From contig CAXXGO010000006.1 of assembly GCA_963666835.2 (NCBI GenBank), positions 288,001 to 352,000 of the forward strand: a DNA stretch of 64,000 bases. The letters run 5' to 3'. The notes beneath the pieces are model-generated. The model worked only from the letters and a program-made list of their open reading frames with translations. It was not told the origin of the DNA and ran no database searches. The translations under genes and the position numbers were made by a program. The stretch is from Phycisphaerae bacterium. GTDB lineage: Bacteria; Planctomycetota; Phycisphaerae; UBA1845. Shown here piece by piece: positions 41,064-51,548 of this stretch (position 1 is the first letter of the stretch; every line of letters begins with the position of its first letter).

Positions 41064-42233
41064 TCAGGAATGCTCTGCGATCATACGCAGCAGCATGTCG
41101 GCCGTAGTGACCGAGGCTTGCGTAGCGCGCATCGGGTCGACCAGCGCGGACAGCTCATCGACCATCCGTCCGCGGGCCTTCGCATCGCGAAGCAGTTCAA
41201 TCGCCCGATCGGCAATCGGATCCGTGGACAAGTAATACGGCATGAACTCCGGGACGATCTCGCGCTGAGCGAGGATATTCGGCAAGCACAGATACGGCGT
41301 ATGGATCATCCAGCGGCCGATCAGGTGATAGAACAACCGTGAGGCGTTGTACATCACGATCATGGGCCGTTGGTGGAACGCCACCTCCAGCGCCGTCGTT
41401 CCCGAGGCCACCAGGACAAGATCAGCCGCTTGGATCAGCTCGGCGAAGTTGTCGGGATACTGCTTGACCGCAACGCCCGCCTTCGACGTTTCCGCCGCGA
41501 TGATCGGAGCAACCTGCGGGTTGGCCACCGATACGCCGAAAGCCGACCTGGGCAACGCGGCGGAGATCCTCTTGGCGACTTCCAGTTGCCCGGGCAGAAC
41601 CTCGCTCACCACGTGTTTGCGCGAGCCGGGCAACAAGGCTACCACGGGGCTGCCGCCCGCCCGAATGTCGCCAACTACCGCGCGGTCGAGCGTCTGACTC
41701 GCCAGGCGCTCCGCCAGCGGGTGGCCCACATACGTCGCGTCGACTCCCTGATCGCGAAAGTACTGCTCCTCGAACGGCAGAATCGCGGCCACCCGCTCCA
41801 CTCTGTGCCGGAGTTTGTAGATTCGGTAGCTGCCCCACGCCCACATCTGCGGGGCGATGTAATACAGGACGGGCACGCCGGCCGCCTGGGCTCGCCCGGC
41901 CAGCGGAAGGTGCAACGTGGGCGAGTCGATCACCACGGCCGCGTCGAACGGATACCGCCGCAAGTGCTCGTCAGCGGTGTTAAGCATGCGCAGCCCCCGC
42001 CCGACGGTTTTGAGGGCTCCGAGCAGCATGGCCGAGTGGCGAGTCATATCGAAGATACGCTCACACCCCTCGGCCACCATTCGCGGACCGGCCACCCCGA
42101 CGAACCGGACCCCGGGGCACTGCGCTCGCGTGGCTCGGATCAGAGCGGCTCCGTGGATGTCGGCGCTGGGCTCGGCCGCGCTGATGAACACCAGCGGCTC
42201 TGTGCCGTTTTGTTGTTGATGTCCCGTTCGCAT
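41064..42233 (-). CDS. lpxB: Lipid-A-disaccharide synthase
   Basis: AAEPSADIHG, YYIAPQMWAW, ILPFE, YVGHPL, LLPGSR, SGTTALE, LPNIL. Confidence 0.95.
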   Translation of the reverse strand: MRTGHQQQNGTEPLVFISAAEPSADIHGAALIRATRAQCPGVRFVGVAGPRMVAEGCERIFDMTRHSAMLLGALKTVGRGLRMLNTADEHLRRYPFDAAVVIDSPTLHLPLAGRAQAAGVPVLYYIAPQMWAWGSYRIYKLRHRVERVAAILPFEEQYFRDQGVDATYVGHPLAERLASQTLDRAVVGDIRAGGSPVVALLPGSRKHVVSEVLPGQLEVAKRISAALPRSAFGVSVANPQVAPIIAAETSKAGVAVKQYPDNFAELIQAADLVLVASGTTALEVAFHQRPMIVMYNASRLFYHLIGRWMIHTPYLCLPNILAQREIVPEFMPYYLSTDPIADRAIELLRDAKARGRMVDELSALVDPMRATQASVTTADMLLRMIAEHS

Positions 42234-42684
42234 AGTAGCCGGCCCTCTTCTGCATCGGGCAGCCAAGACGCTACGACGGCGAAATAGATCGGTCAACGAC
42301 GCGGCCGGTCCGGAGCTTCTCGGACGTCAATTGGCGAGGCCGGCCCGCGCGAAGTTGCCGCACGCATCGTCGATATCAGTACTGGTAGAGCGGGCTTGAG
42401 GGCTCGTTGAGCGGGCCGAATCGAGGCGGTAGAATGCCGGGTGGAAGTTGGATTGGTGGATCACGCCGGGGGGAATCGCCGCGGGTTCGGATACCCCGGT
42501 CAGCGAACGAGCCGTTTCGGCGCGGCCCGGAAGGCCGAGCGCTGCGTCGCACGTGGGTTTCCGCGCGTGCCACTGCTCTTGAGCAGTGCCCTTACGTGTG
42601 ACAAAGCACTGGCGGTGCCGGCGGAAACGTGGCTGCTTTTCTGCCTCGCCTCGTTAGCACGATTGGAGATCCCGGGGCATAGGA

Positions 42685-43590
42685 TTGATGAAGAAGCTGT
42701 TCATCGTCGGTTGTGGTCGGTCGGGAACGACCATGTTCCAGCAAGCCCTCAACCGGCATTCGCAGATCGTCATTCCGCCCGAGACCGGGTTCTTTATCGA
42801 CTTCCTCGGGCACACTCGGGCCGGGCAGCGCCAGCATGTCAGGCGGATCAACGCCGCTTTGGAGATCGACCTTCCGAGCCCTGCTCACCGAATCCGGCGC
42901 CGCGAAGACGTCGTTGACTTCTACGAGACAATGGCGCGTTTGTACGTTGAGCGACTGGGCCGTAGCGACGTTGCGTATTTCGGCGAGAAGTCACCCCGGC
43001 ACCTGCTGCATCTTCCGCGCATCCATCGCTATTTTCCGCAGGCCAAGATCCTGCTGATCTTCCGCGACGGACGCGACGTGGCGTCGAGCCTGAGCAGTGT
43101 GCCGTGGGGACCATCCAATCTGTATGTCAACTTTGCCGTTTGGCTGCGGTTCTACCGGTGGCAACGTTGGGCGATGGCGTGTCCCACCATGGACCTGCAA
43201 TGCGTCAAGTACGAGGATTTCGTGCGGGCGCCCGAGCAGGAGTTACGCCGGATAGCGGAGTTCCTTGACTTGAAATACGAGCCCGAAATGGCCACCGGCT
43301 CCGGCAATCGCGCGGGGATAACCGAGCGCGAGCGGGAATGGAAGGACCGCGCCGTTGGGAAGATCAACGTGTCGCGAGTCGAGTTGTGGCGGACCCAGTT
43401 GACCCCAGAGCAGCTCGGCAATCTCGAACGCTGGGGTGGCGAGGCGCTGACCGAGCTGGGTTATGAACTGTCCACCGAACGGCCGGGGCGCCTCCCGCTG
43501 ACGTTCTTCCCGCGGCTGTTCGCAAAGCACACGGCCTGGCGGGGTCGCTGCGCCTGGCGTTTGGTTGTGAAGGAGTTCCTCGGCCGGTAG
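42685..43590 (+). CDS. Sulfotransferase family protein
   Basis: FIVGCGRSGTT PAPS loop, EKSP, RDGRDVASS, YEDFV. Confidence 0.92.
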   Translation: MMKKLFIVGCGRSGTTMFQQALNRHSQIVIPPETGFFIDFLGHTRAGQRQHVRRINAALEIDLPSPAHRIRRREDVVDFYETMARLYVERLGRSDVAYFGEKSPRHLLHLPRIHRYFPQAKILLIFRDGRDVASSLSSVPWGPSNLYVNFAVWLRFYRWQRWAMACPTMDLQCVKYEDFVRAPEQELRRIAEFLDLKYEPEMATGSGNRAGITEREREWKDRAVGKINVSRVELWRTQLTPEQLGNLERWGGEALTELGYELSTERPGRLPLTFFPRLFAKHTAWRGRCAWRLVVKEFLGR

Positions 43591-43879
43591 GCGTGGCCAA
43601 GCACCTCTGTCCAGTACCTACCACGGTTTCCGGACAACGTGCCGGATGACATGATTCGACCCTGTGCGTAGCCGCCCGCCGAATTACTGTCTCTGCAGCA
43701 TTGTCAGGCTGGCAATTGCCCGGAATGTGTAACCGGGTGGGCTGATCGGAGTTACCCAAAGGGTCGGATTCAGGTATAGTCCGGTGATCGTAGCTTCGTG
43801 GTGAGGAACCGGCGGGGGACGTGGGCGGCGTGGCGCGGCGCCGAGCCGGGTAAAACGGCGTGCCCCCGTAATCAAGGAG

Positions 43880-44290
43880 ATGGTCATGAGTGACCAAGGA
43901 TCGGACGGCGGCCTGCATATTGACTCAGATTGGAAGACCGAAGCGGCTCGCGAGAAGGAGAAGTTGGCCGAGGCCGAAGCAAAAACGGCGTCCTCCTCCG
44001 CCGGCGCACCCGGGGTCGCGGGCTTTCCCGATCTCGTGAACATGCTGGCGATGCAAGCGGCGATCGCGCTGGGCGGTTATCAGGGCCCGGGCGGGGAACG
44101 AATCCCACCCAACCCCGCGGCGGCCAAGCATCAGATCGACCTTCTGGACGTTCTGGAGCAGAAGACCAAGGGCAATCTCAGCGAGGAAGAGAAACGAGTC
44201 TTGGACACGGTCTTGTATGAGCTACGCATGCAGTATGTACAGATGGCCAGCGGCGGCGGCTCGGGGCCTCCCGGGCCTGCGGGGGCGTAA
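43880..44290 (+). CDS. DUF1844 family protein
   Basis: IDSDWK, AKHQIDLLDVLEQKTKGNLSEEE..LYELRMQYV. Confidence 0.88.
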   Translation: MVMSDQGSDGGLHIDSDWKTEAAREKEKLAEAEAKTASSSAGAPGVAGFPDLVNMLAMQAAIALGGYQGPGGERIPPNPAAAKHQIDLLDVLEQKTKGNLSEEEKRVLDTVLYELRMQYVQMASGGGSGPPGPAGA

Positions 44291-44400
44291 CGTATTACCG
44301 ACACGGTGAACTTTGTGGCGAGATTAGCCCCGGCCGAGGGTGTTAACCACCGGGTCGGTGATGTCGGGCGGGGTCTTGGAACACCGGTTTTGTTGACAGC

Positions 44401-45606
44401 ATGATCATCCCGATTCGCACGCAATCCGAAGTCCGCCGGCCTCCGCTTGCCAATTATCTACTAATCGGGGCCAACATGCTCCTGTTTCTGCTGCTCGACG
44501 AGAAGCTCTTTGGCGATGCGGTGGGGGTAATCAAGAACCGGTATCTGGTTTTCGACGCTTCTGAGCCGGCGTTCTATCAGTTCTTCACGTACCAGTTCCT
44601 GCACGCGGACGTCTGGCATCTGTTCGGGAACCTGCTCTTTCTGTGGGTGTTCGGCAACAGCGTCAACAGCAAGATGGGGGACGTTCCTTACCTGCTGTTC
44701 TACCTGGCCGGCGGGGTGTTTGCGGCTTGGGGATGGGCGGCGATGACCGCCGGGGCTCCGACTCTGTTGGGGGCTTCGGGAGCGATCGCCACAGTAACGA
44801 CTGCATACCTTGCCTTGTTCCCGCGAGCCCGCGTAACGGTGATGGTCTGGGTGTTCTTCATCTACTTCTTCGACCTTTCCGCGATGCTCGTCATCGGTCT
44901 GAAGATCATCGTTTGGGACAATATCATTGCCCCCAGCTTCGGTCCGGCGGGAAACGTGGCCCACTCGGCGCATCTGGCCGGGTACTTGTTCGGTTTCGCC
45001 GGGGCGCTCGGCATGCTCCTGGTCCGCGCGATTCCGCGGGACCAGTTCGACATCCTGGCGCTGTGGCGCCGCTGGCGTTTGCGGCGGGAGTTCGCTTCGG
45101 CCATGGCTAAGCCCGGGGCGGCGGAACAGGCTCGATACGGACGAGTGGCGCGGGCTGCGTCGAATGATCCGCGGCAACGCGCGGAGGAGGATCGGCTGAT
45201 CGACGCGGTGGCCGCGCTACGTGATGACATTGCCGAAGCCGTAACCGCGCGGGACCTCACGGCGGCGGCGGATGCGTATGAGAAGTTGATGGCGGTCGAC
45301 CCCAAGCAGTGTCTATCCGAGCGGCAGCAGTTGGAGATTGCTCAGGAGTTCTATCGCAACGCCCGGTTCGCTCCGGCGGTAGCCACTTTCCGTCGATATC
45401 TGGAGTCTTATCCGAATACCCGAGAAGCGAACGATGTCCGGCTCTTGGTGGGGATCATCTACGCCCGAGATCTGCGACAATACGAACAAGCTGACGAGTG
45501 TCTGACACAAACTATGGAAAAGTTGCACGATGACGACCGGCGGGCGCAGTGCCGTAAGTGGCTGGCGGAGGTACGCGGGGCGCTGGGGCGGCCGGTCCCG
45601 GAGTAG
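44401..45606 (+). CDS. Rhomboid intramembrane protease with C-terminal TPR domain
   Basis: FLH..HLFGN, GASGA, AHLAG; TPR-like tail. Confidence 0.92.
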   Translation: MIIPIRTQSEVRRPPLANYLLIGANMLLFLLLDEKLFGDAVGVIKNRYLVFDASEPAFYQFFTYQFLHADVWHLFGNLLFLWVFGNSVNSKMGDVPYLLFYLAGGVFAAWGWAAMTAGAPTLLGASGAIATVTTAYLALFPRARVTVMVWVFFIYFFDLSAMLVIGLKIIVWDNIIAPSFGPAGNVAHSAHLAGYLFGFAGALGMLLVRAIPRDQFDILALWRRWRLRREFASAMAKPGAAEQARYGRVARAASNDPRQRAEEDRLIDAVAALRDDIAEAVTARDLTAAADAYEKLMAVDPKQCLSERQQLEIAQEFYRNARFAPAVATFRRYLESYPNTREANDVRLLVGIIYARDLRQYEQADECLTQTMEKLHDDDRRAQCRKWLAEVRGALGRPVPE

Positions 45607-45625
45607 CAGGAATCTGGAATCAGGG

Positions 45626-46501
45626 ATGAACGAACTAGCTTACGTTAACGGTACATTCTGCCCGATCGCCGAAGCGACCGTCTCCATTGAGGATCGCGGC
45701 TTTCAATTCGGCGACGGGATCTACGAGGTAATCGTCGCGTACGGCGGCCGGTTGTTCTTGCTCGAGCCGCACATGCGGCGGCTCAGACGCAGTGCGGCTG
45801 CGATTGAACTCGACTACGATTTCGACGCCGCCCCGCTCGAACCGATCATCGCGGAGGGCTTGCGGCGTAGCGGGTATGACGATGCTTTGATCTACCTCCA
45901 GATGACCCGCGGCTCGGGATCGCGGAATCATGTCATTCCCGACGGGCTGGAAGTGACCGTGGTTATGACCTTCAAACCCCTGCCGATCCCGAATGAGGGG
46001 CTGCGGAAGCGCGGCGCCCGGGTGATGACCGTCGTGGATACCCGCTGGGCCAAGTGCTACGTGAAGGCGATCACTCTGCTGCCGAACACGTTGGCTAAGA
46101 ACCGGGCTCTGCGAAACGGGTATGACGACGCGATATTCGTTACGACCGATGGCGAGGTTCGCGAGTGTACGGCCGCCAACCTCTCGATCGTACACGACGG
46201 GCGGATTCTCATCCCTCCGCGCACCGAGGCCATTCTGCACGGCATTACCCAGGGGTTCATCATCGAGTGCGCCGCAGCGCTGGGGCATGACGTGACCGAG
46301 CAGGCCTTCAACATCCAGACATTGCACGAAGCGGAAGAGGTCTTTCTATCCGGGGCAACGGTTGGAGTGCTGGGGATCACGGCCATCGACGACCGACCGG
46401 TCGGAGACGGCAACGTCGGCCCAATCACTAGACGCCTGAGTGACGAGTACGACCGCCGGGCCCGCTGCACGGCGTCAGACCTCGAAACCGCCGGCAAATG
46501 A
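45626..46501 (+). CDS. Class IV PLP-dependent aminotransferase (D-amino acid aminotransferase-like)
   Basis: DRGFQFGDGIYEV, K.I.LLPN, ILHGIT, AEEVFL. Confidence 0.92.
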   Translation: MNELAYVNGTFCPIAEATVSIEDRGFQFGDGIYEVIVAYGGRLFLLEPHMRRLRRSAAAIELDYDFDAAPLEPIIAEGLRRSGYDDALIYLQMTRGSGSRNHVIPDGLEVTVVMTFKPLPIPNEGLRKRGARVMTVVDTRWAKCYVKAITLLPNTLAKNRALRNGYDDAIFVTTDGEVRECTAANLSIVHDGRILIPPRTEAILHGITQGFIIECAAALGHDVTEQAFNIQTLHEAEEVFLSGATVGVLGITAIDDRPVGDGNVGPITRRLSDEYDRRARCTASDLETAGK

Positions 46502-46669
46502 CGTTGCGCTACTGTAGTCCGGTCCGTTGGGCGCATCGGTAGGGGGTGATCGCACGTTTCCAGCCGATACAACTTCCAACGTGCCGCGGTTGCGGCTTGG
46601 CGTGTTTGACCTTAAGATAGGACCGTGATGTCCGAATCAACCCTGAACAACTTCCAGAGGAGACTCCCA

Positions 46670-47911
46670 GTGCCGCAAAACGACGAGTGGGCCGAACATC
46701 TTTTTACGTCCGAATCCGTCTCCATGGGCCATCCCGACAAAGTGGCGGATCAGGTGTCCGACGCGATTCTGGACAGCATGATCAAACACGACCCTTATGT
46801 TCGCTCAGCGATCGAGACCCTCGTTACGACAAACTTCGTTCTCGTTGCGGGTGAGGTTACGACACACACTCCGGCGGCGGCCAAGGCGCTTTCCCATGCC
46901 GAGCAGACGATTCGCAACACAATCAAGCGGATCGGTTACAATGACCCACAGGTCAACTTCGACGCCAAATCATGTGAAGTGGTTTCACGCATCCACGCGC
47001 AATCACCGGACATCAGCCAGGGTGTGACCGAGGGGCACGGAAGGCACGCTGAGCAGGGTGCCGGAGACCAGGGCATGATGTTCGGCTTCGCTTGCGATGA
47101 AACGAAGTCGCTTATGCCGCTGCCGATCCAACTGGCGCAGCGGCTGGTCGAACAGCTTTCCAAGGCCCGCCAAGACGGGACGTTGCCCTGGCTGCGACCT
47201 GACGGTAAGTCGCAAGTGACGGTCAAGTATCAGAGCGGCGTTCCGGTGGCGGTGCATACGGTGGTGATCTCGACCCAGCATACTGAAGAAGCGGTCGATC
47301 CGCGCAATAACGACCTGTCCGAGGACGCTACGAAAGAGATAATCAAGCACGTGATCAACCCGGTAATCGAGCGGGAATGCCCCAATCTGATGTCGAACGA
47401 CATCATCACCCACATCAACCCCACGGGCCGATTTGTGGTCGGCGGCCCGGACGGGGATTGCGGGCTGACGGGCAGGAAGATCATCGTTGATACCTACGGC
47501 GGCCGCGGTCGCCACGGCGGCGGCGCCTTTTCCGGTAAGGACCCGAGCAAGGTCGATCGCTCCGCCACGTATATGGCGCGGCACATCGCGAAGAATATTG
47601 TGGCGGCGGGGCTGGCCAAGCAGTGCGAGGTGCAACTGGCTTATGCTATTGGGGTGGCCGAACCGGTCAGTGTTTCGGTCAACAGCTTCGGCACGAGCGA
47701 GCTGTCACCGGGCAACCTCGAAGACATCGTGCGGGCGGTGTTTCCGCTCAAGCCGGCCGAGCTGATCGAGTATCTCGATCTTCGCCGACCGGTCTACTTC
47801 GAAACCGCGCGGCACGGACACTTCGGCCGCGAAGGCGACGGTTTCACCTGGGAGAAGACCGACCGGGTCAACGACGTCCGCACGGCCGCCAACGGCCAAT
47901 TGGCGGTTTGA
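46670..47911 (+). CDS. metK: S-adenosylmethionine synthetase
   Basis: [46 protein letters not shown] 46670 has an AGAGGAG SD; alternative start 46625/46628. Confidence 0.97.
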   Translation: MPQNDEWAEHLFTSESVSMGHPDKVADQVSDAILDSMIKHDPYVRSAIETLVTTNFVLVAGEVTTHTPAAAKALSHAEQTIRNTIKRIGYNDPQVNFDAKSCEVVSRIHAQSPDISQGVTEGHGRHAEQGAGDQGMMFGFACDETKSLMPLPIQLAQRLVEQLSKARQDGTLPWLRPDGKSQVTVKYQSGVPVAVHTVVISTQHTEEAVDPRNNDLSEDATKEIIKHVINPVIERECPNLMSNDIITHINPTGRFVVGGPDGDCGLTGRKIIVDTYGGRGRHGGGAFSGKDPSKVDRSATYMARHIAKNIVAAGLAKQCEVQLAYAIGVAEPVSVSVNSFGTSELSPGNLEDIVRAVFPLKPAELIEYLDLRRPVYFETARHGHFGREGDGFTWEKTDRVNDVRTAANGQLAV

Positions 47912-48230
47912 TCCCCGGGAAAGAGGGGGTTGACCGGGACGAGTCTCTCTTCTGACTCTTCCAGCCCGAAGGGCTTAGATGAAGACGGGGGCAAGTCCGC
48001 CATCGGCGGACGCCGCCCCCGGACCCGTTCTCCCCCGTACCTGACCCCGGTAGGTCAAACAGCCCCGGCAAACGCGCTTTGCCATTGATTTCTGACGCAT
48101 TCTCAAAGCGGCCGAGCAGCCGAAACAGACGCTCGGTTCATCGACGCCGTCTCTTTCACCCTGTCAGGGTGATTGGGATTGTTGGGACCCCATCCGGGGG
48201 CGGCGGCAGAAGGGGCCGTGCGTAGACTGT

Positions 48231-48317
48231 CCATGCGTGGGCTTGATCGAACAGGTTCTGAACCGGGATAGAGCAAGCCGGGACGGGCGTTGACGCCGAG
48301 ATTGCGTGGTCGTATGA
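48231..48317 (+). repeat. Diverged ~87-bp direct repeat, copy 1 (copy 2 at 49158-49244)
   Basis: CCATGCGTGGG.TTGATC....GGTTCTGAACCGGGATAG.GC.A.CGGGAC..GAGATTGCGT.G.CGTA.GA in both copies. Confidence 0.8.
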
Positions 48318-48461
48318 TAAAATCTCGCGCGAATGAGACCTCGGACTTGTTTTTTGCGCGTTTCTGGGTGCCACGCTATGAGGGCGTAGAGCACTCGGAC
48401 GAATGAGACCACCTTTCGCGAGCAAGTAATCGCCGAGTCGTTTGAACACGGAGAGTCCGAC

Positions 48462-49046
48462 ATGAAGTACTGGTCAATCGCCCTGCTGCTGTCGGCGACC
48501 GGAGGATGCGGTGCAGGAAACGTCGCAAACATGCTTAGTGCTGATGGAGTATACACCGGCACGAATGAGTGTTCGTATCTCGGTTGGTACGGGCCTGATT
48601 TGACTACTTTCGATGATTATGAATCGGAGATTAGCAGAGTATTCTCCGGCGGAACAGGCATTCCCATACGTGGTGGCATTCAAATATACGTGGGAGAGGT
48701 ACGGGAATGGGATTATGAATGGGGTACAGAGAGCTGTGAGACAACGGAAATCATAGTTGGCGATGACGTCGTGACATTGACTGACAAATGTCGAGTCGTC
48801 GTTAATGGGGATAATACGTGCGAAACCGCGAATGATGGACATTGTGACGAGCCATATGGATGCACGTGGTTGACCGATTTTGCGGACTGTGGCGCGTTTC
48901 TGTGGGATGATGACGTGGTAACGACTTACTCTTTCTCAGGTGATGGTACTATCTCACGTACTGAGACGAGACATGGTGTGGGCGTGGACAGCCCCGCATA
49001 CTCGAATTCAACGAAATGCAGTGCCGTGTTGCTGAGGCAGCCATGA
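48462..49046 (+). CDS. Lipoprotein with a Cys-rich C-x3-NDG-x-CDEP..C..D..DC module; lower GC than the flanks
   Basis: ATGGC lipobox-like, DNTCETANDGHCDEPYGCTWLTDFADCG; GGAGAG SD. Confidence 0.75.
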   Translation: MKYWSIALLLSATGGCGAGNVANMLSADGVYTGTNECSYLGWYGPDLTTFDDYESEISRVFSGGTGIPIRGGIQIYVGEVREWDYEWGTESCETTEIIVGDDVVTLTDKCRVVVNGDNTCETANDGHCDEPYGCTWLTDFADCGAFLWDDDVVTTYSFSGDGTISRTETRHGVGVDSPAYSNSTKCSAVLLRQP

Positions 49047-49279
49047 CGATAGTGCAAAGCTGTCGGGGCTCTTCGAAGAAGAACAGGTCGGGAGCAATCC
49101 TGGTTTAGCCTGTCGCTCGCGATAGTGTGAGCTCACGTTGCGAATGCGTCGAACGGCCATGCGTGGGGTTGATCAAGCTGGTTCTGAACCGGGATAGGGC
49201 GAATCGGGACCGCCTTCGACTTTGAGATTGCGTTGCCGTACGACGGACCCTTGTGCGAAAAAGACTCCCGACCCCGTCT

Positions 49280-50428
49280 TCAACACGGCGCGGTCAGCAT
49301 AACGCCCGGCAGGATTACGTCGAGGAAGCCGTCGGTCTGCTTGGCCGGTTTGAACTCGACGCTCACGCTGTCGAGGCCGGCGCCGATGATCTCGATCAGG
49401 TCTTGTTGAATCTGCCCGATCCCCTGGTTGTAGGCCTTGTTGAGATGCGCGATCTCGGCGACATCGCAACCGATGATCCGCGCGGCCGTGGCATCGGCGG
49501 CGGCAAGATCGGTGCTGGCTAAGACCAGCCAATCCCCGAGGCGGTCCCGCATATCCACCGTGTCACCCCACCAGCCGGGAAATACGTGCGGCCCGTTGCC
49601 CTCGCAGCAGATGGACGCGTCGATCACAGTCAGGTCCGGTTCCACTGCGGCCACAATGTCGAGAAAGCACTGTTCAATGCCCCCCGGCGAGTTGTGGAGG
49701 TCGGAACGGAACTGCATGCCGCCGTATTGATTGACCGAAGTGACTCCCACGAAGTTCTTCAGCGACCCGGTCATTTGCGTCCAGCGATGGGTCTTGATCA
49801 CCGGAATCGAAATCACGCGGTCGGCGCGGGTCAGGTGGCTGGAGACCTTGATCGTGTCGAGCCCGGTGTACGGAGAGGGCACCGCAACCCAGGAGGGTGA
49901 CTCGCCGGTCAGGCACGAGAGTGTCACCTTGCCGGCATAAGAAGCGTTAAGCCGCTCGACCTCGGCCGTCATAGTCGCCGACGAAGCCAGCGTCGTCAGG
50001 TCATCCCAGGAGAACTTGGGTACTTGTGCTCCTTCTCCGATAATGACCTCCGCCGCTCGCACCTGCAGGCACCTTTCCGCCACGGCGATGACGATGTCGG
50101 GCTTGGTCGAGTCGCCCGCGCGAACGGTGTCGTGGCAGACCATGCCAACGCCGCCGAAGTTCGGCTTGATAAACACCGTCTCGCCCTCGTGAACGACCGA
50201 TTCGATCCCGCCGATCGCATCCAACGCCTCGCAGACCATCGTCCCGAGATTTTGGCCGCGGATAATGGCTACTTCAGCTGGGTTCAAATACGGTGTTTCC
50301 GGCACAACGGGCGCGGCCGCGCGAAAGGCGCCGCACCCGGTCAACAGTTGACCGCCACCGACGGCGTAACCAAGGCGCACGCCATGCTTCAAGAAACCCC
50401 GCCGCGTCATTTTATTGGGGACAGCCAC
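49280..50428 (-). CDS. DUF362 family protein with Tat signal
   Basis: MTRRGFLK, VFIKPN, IPVIKTH..SLKNFVG, D.AAADA. Confidence 0.88.
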   Translation of the reverse strand: MAVPNKMTRRGFLKHGVRLGYAVGGGQLLTGCGAFRAAAPVVPETPYLNPAEVAIIRGQNLGTMVCEALDAIGGIESVVHEGETVFIKPNFGGVGMVCHDTVRAGDSTKPDIVIAVAERCLQVRAAEVIIGEGAQVPKFSWDDLTTLASSATMTAEVERLNASYAGKVTLSCLTGESPSWVAVPSPYTGLDTIKVSSHLTRADRVISIPVIKTHRWTQMTGSLKNFVGVTSVNQYGGMQFRSDLHNSPGGIEQCFLDIVAAVEPDLTVIDASICCEGNGPHVFPGWWGDTVDMRDRLGDWLVLASTDLAAADATAARIIGCDVAEIAHLNKAYNQGIGQIQQDLIEIIGAGLDSVSVEFKPAKQTDGFLDVILPGVMLTAPC

Positions 50429-50791
50429 CTATTTCCTCGCCTCCCGCTCGTCTGTTTCACATCTTCCATTGCAGCGCCTGGCCGCAGAGGACCGACGTCG
50501 CGTCAGTCCGACTTCTTGCTTCAGGATACCAGGTCGCGCGGCCCTGCCTAGACCGGCACGTCGCAGTGCCCAAGCCTGCTCCAATATGCGTCCCATCGCC
50601 CCGCACTCAGCCCTCCTATCTAACGACGGTCCCCGCCGGACTGCCCGATTCACAACCTGATACATGTCCTCTCCCATTGCCGTTCGAAGTCGCCGGGGCG
50701 TGTCGGAAGCCCGCCATAACCTGCAACTCTGCCGGAGAAGACCCTCCCCGTTAATCTGTTTGGGGCGGGCTGAAGTTCAGGAATCGGATGA

Positions 50792-50834
50792 TTGTCAAGA
50801 AACTGCTTGACAAGGCCGATTAGTCGTGTAGATT
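50792..50834 (+). promoter_or_regulatory. Sigma70 promoter overlapped by a perfect palindromic operator
   Basis: TTGTCAAG-N6-CTTGACAA; TTGACA (50807-50812) then 16 nt then TAGATT. Confidence 0.7.
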
Positions 50835-50880
50835 GTTAGATGAGTGGTGGAGATTACGTTCACTCACGAGAGGTAGGGTA

Positions 50881-50970
50881 ATGATGGGACTTGGTAGCAG
50901 ATTCTACACTGCGGCACTTGACGCGGAAGCCGATACGGCAACGCGCGCAGGGAGGTGGCCCACAGGGTAA
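50881..50970 (+). CDS. Putative 29-aa leader peptide MMGLGSRFYTAALDAEADTATRAGRWPTG
   Basis: GAGAGG SD 7 nt upstream; its 3' end is complementary to the downstream terminator arm. Confidence 0.6.
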   Translation: MMGLGSRFYTAALDAEADTATRAGRWPTG

Positions 50971-50995
50971 CGCTAAGTCCTAAGATGGATAGCTC

Positions 50996-51033
50996 AGCCC
51001 TGCGGCCACCGACGGTTGCAGGGCTTTTTGTTT
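50996..51033 (+). terminator. Intrinsic terminator of a putative attenuator
   Basis: AGCCCTGCGGCC-ACCGAC-GGTTGCAGGGCT (12 bp with 2 GU) followed by TTTTGTTT. Confidence 0.8.
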
Positions 51034-51241
51034 GCGCGATTCTCTGCTTTCGTTCTTCTTGGCCGTATGGCCCGGTGACTTGGCTCCTGGACTTGCTTTG
51101 GGCGACGGGTGAGCCCAGTGGAGACGGTGCGCACACACAGCCATGGCGGCAATCGCACGGGTCACCGCGAAGTGGGCCGAGCCAATCATTGGAGTCGTAT
51201 TGACCGGTAGCCAGTTTGGCCGAACCGCGTAGAAGACCATT

Positions 51242-51314
51242 GGGAGCGTAGCTCAATTGGGAGAGCACCTGCCCCGCAAGCAGGAAGTTGAGGGTTCGAG
51301 TCCCTCCGCCTCCA
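51242..51314 (+). tRNA. tRNA-Ala(CGC), non-canonical (C33, A4-C69 mismatch, no encoded CCA)
   Basis: Cloverleaf: GGGAGCG/CGCCTCC-A with G3:U70, D arm GCTC/GAGC, anticodon arm CCTGC-CCCGCAA-GCAGG, T arm GAGGG-TTCGAGT-CCCTC. Confidence 0.88.
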
Positions 51315-51548
51315 TTATGGACGCCCAACGGCACGATTGTGGTTGAGCAGATGGTGACGAGAGCGCAAAGGCCGCCCATCTTCTTGCCCGGGCTCGCCCC
51401 GGGGCGAATGGACGTGGCCAATGTGCTGAGGCTGGCCAAGACCCCGCGGCGTGGCCGAGGCAGCGAAGAACGAAGGCGTAGTAACGGATCAACTGAACTG
51501 AGATGACAAGAACACGCGTGGAATCCGACTTGTGGGTTGCGCGCCATA

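Noticed and set aside
46500..46670. SAM riboswitch upstream of metK
   Set aside because: No recognisable SAM-I/II/V consensus by eye; an Rfam search would be needed to exclude it fully
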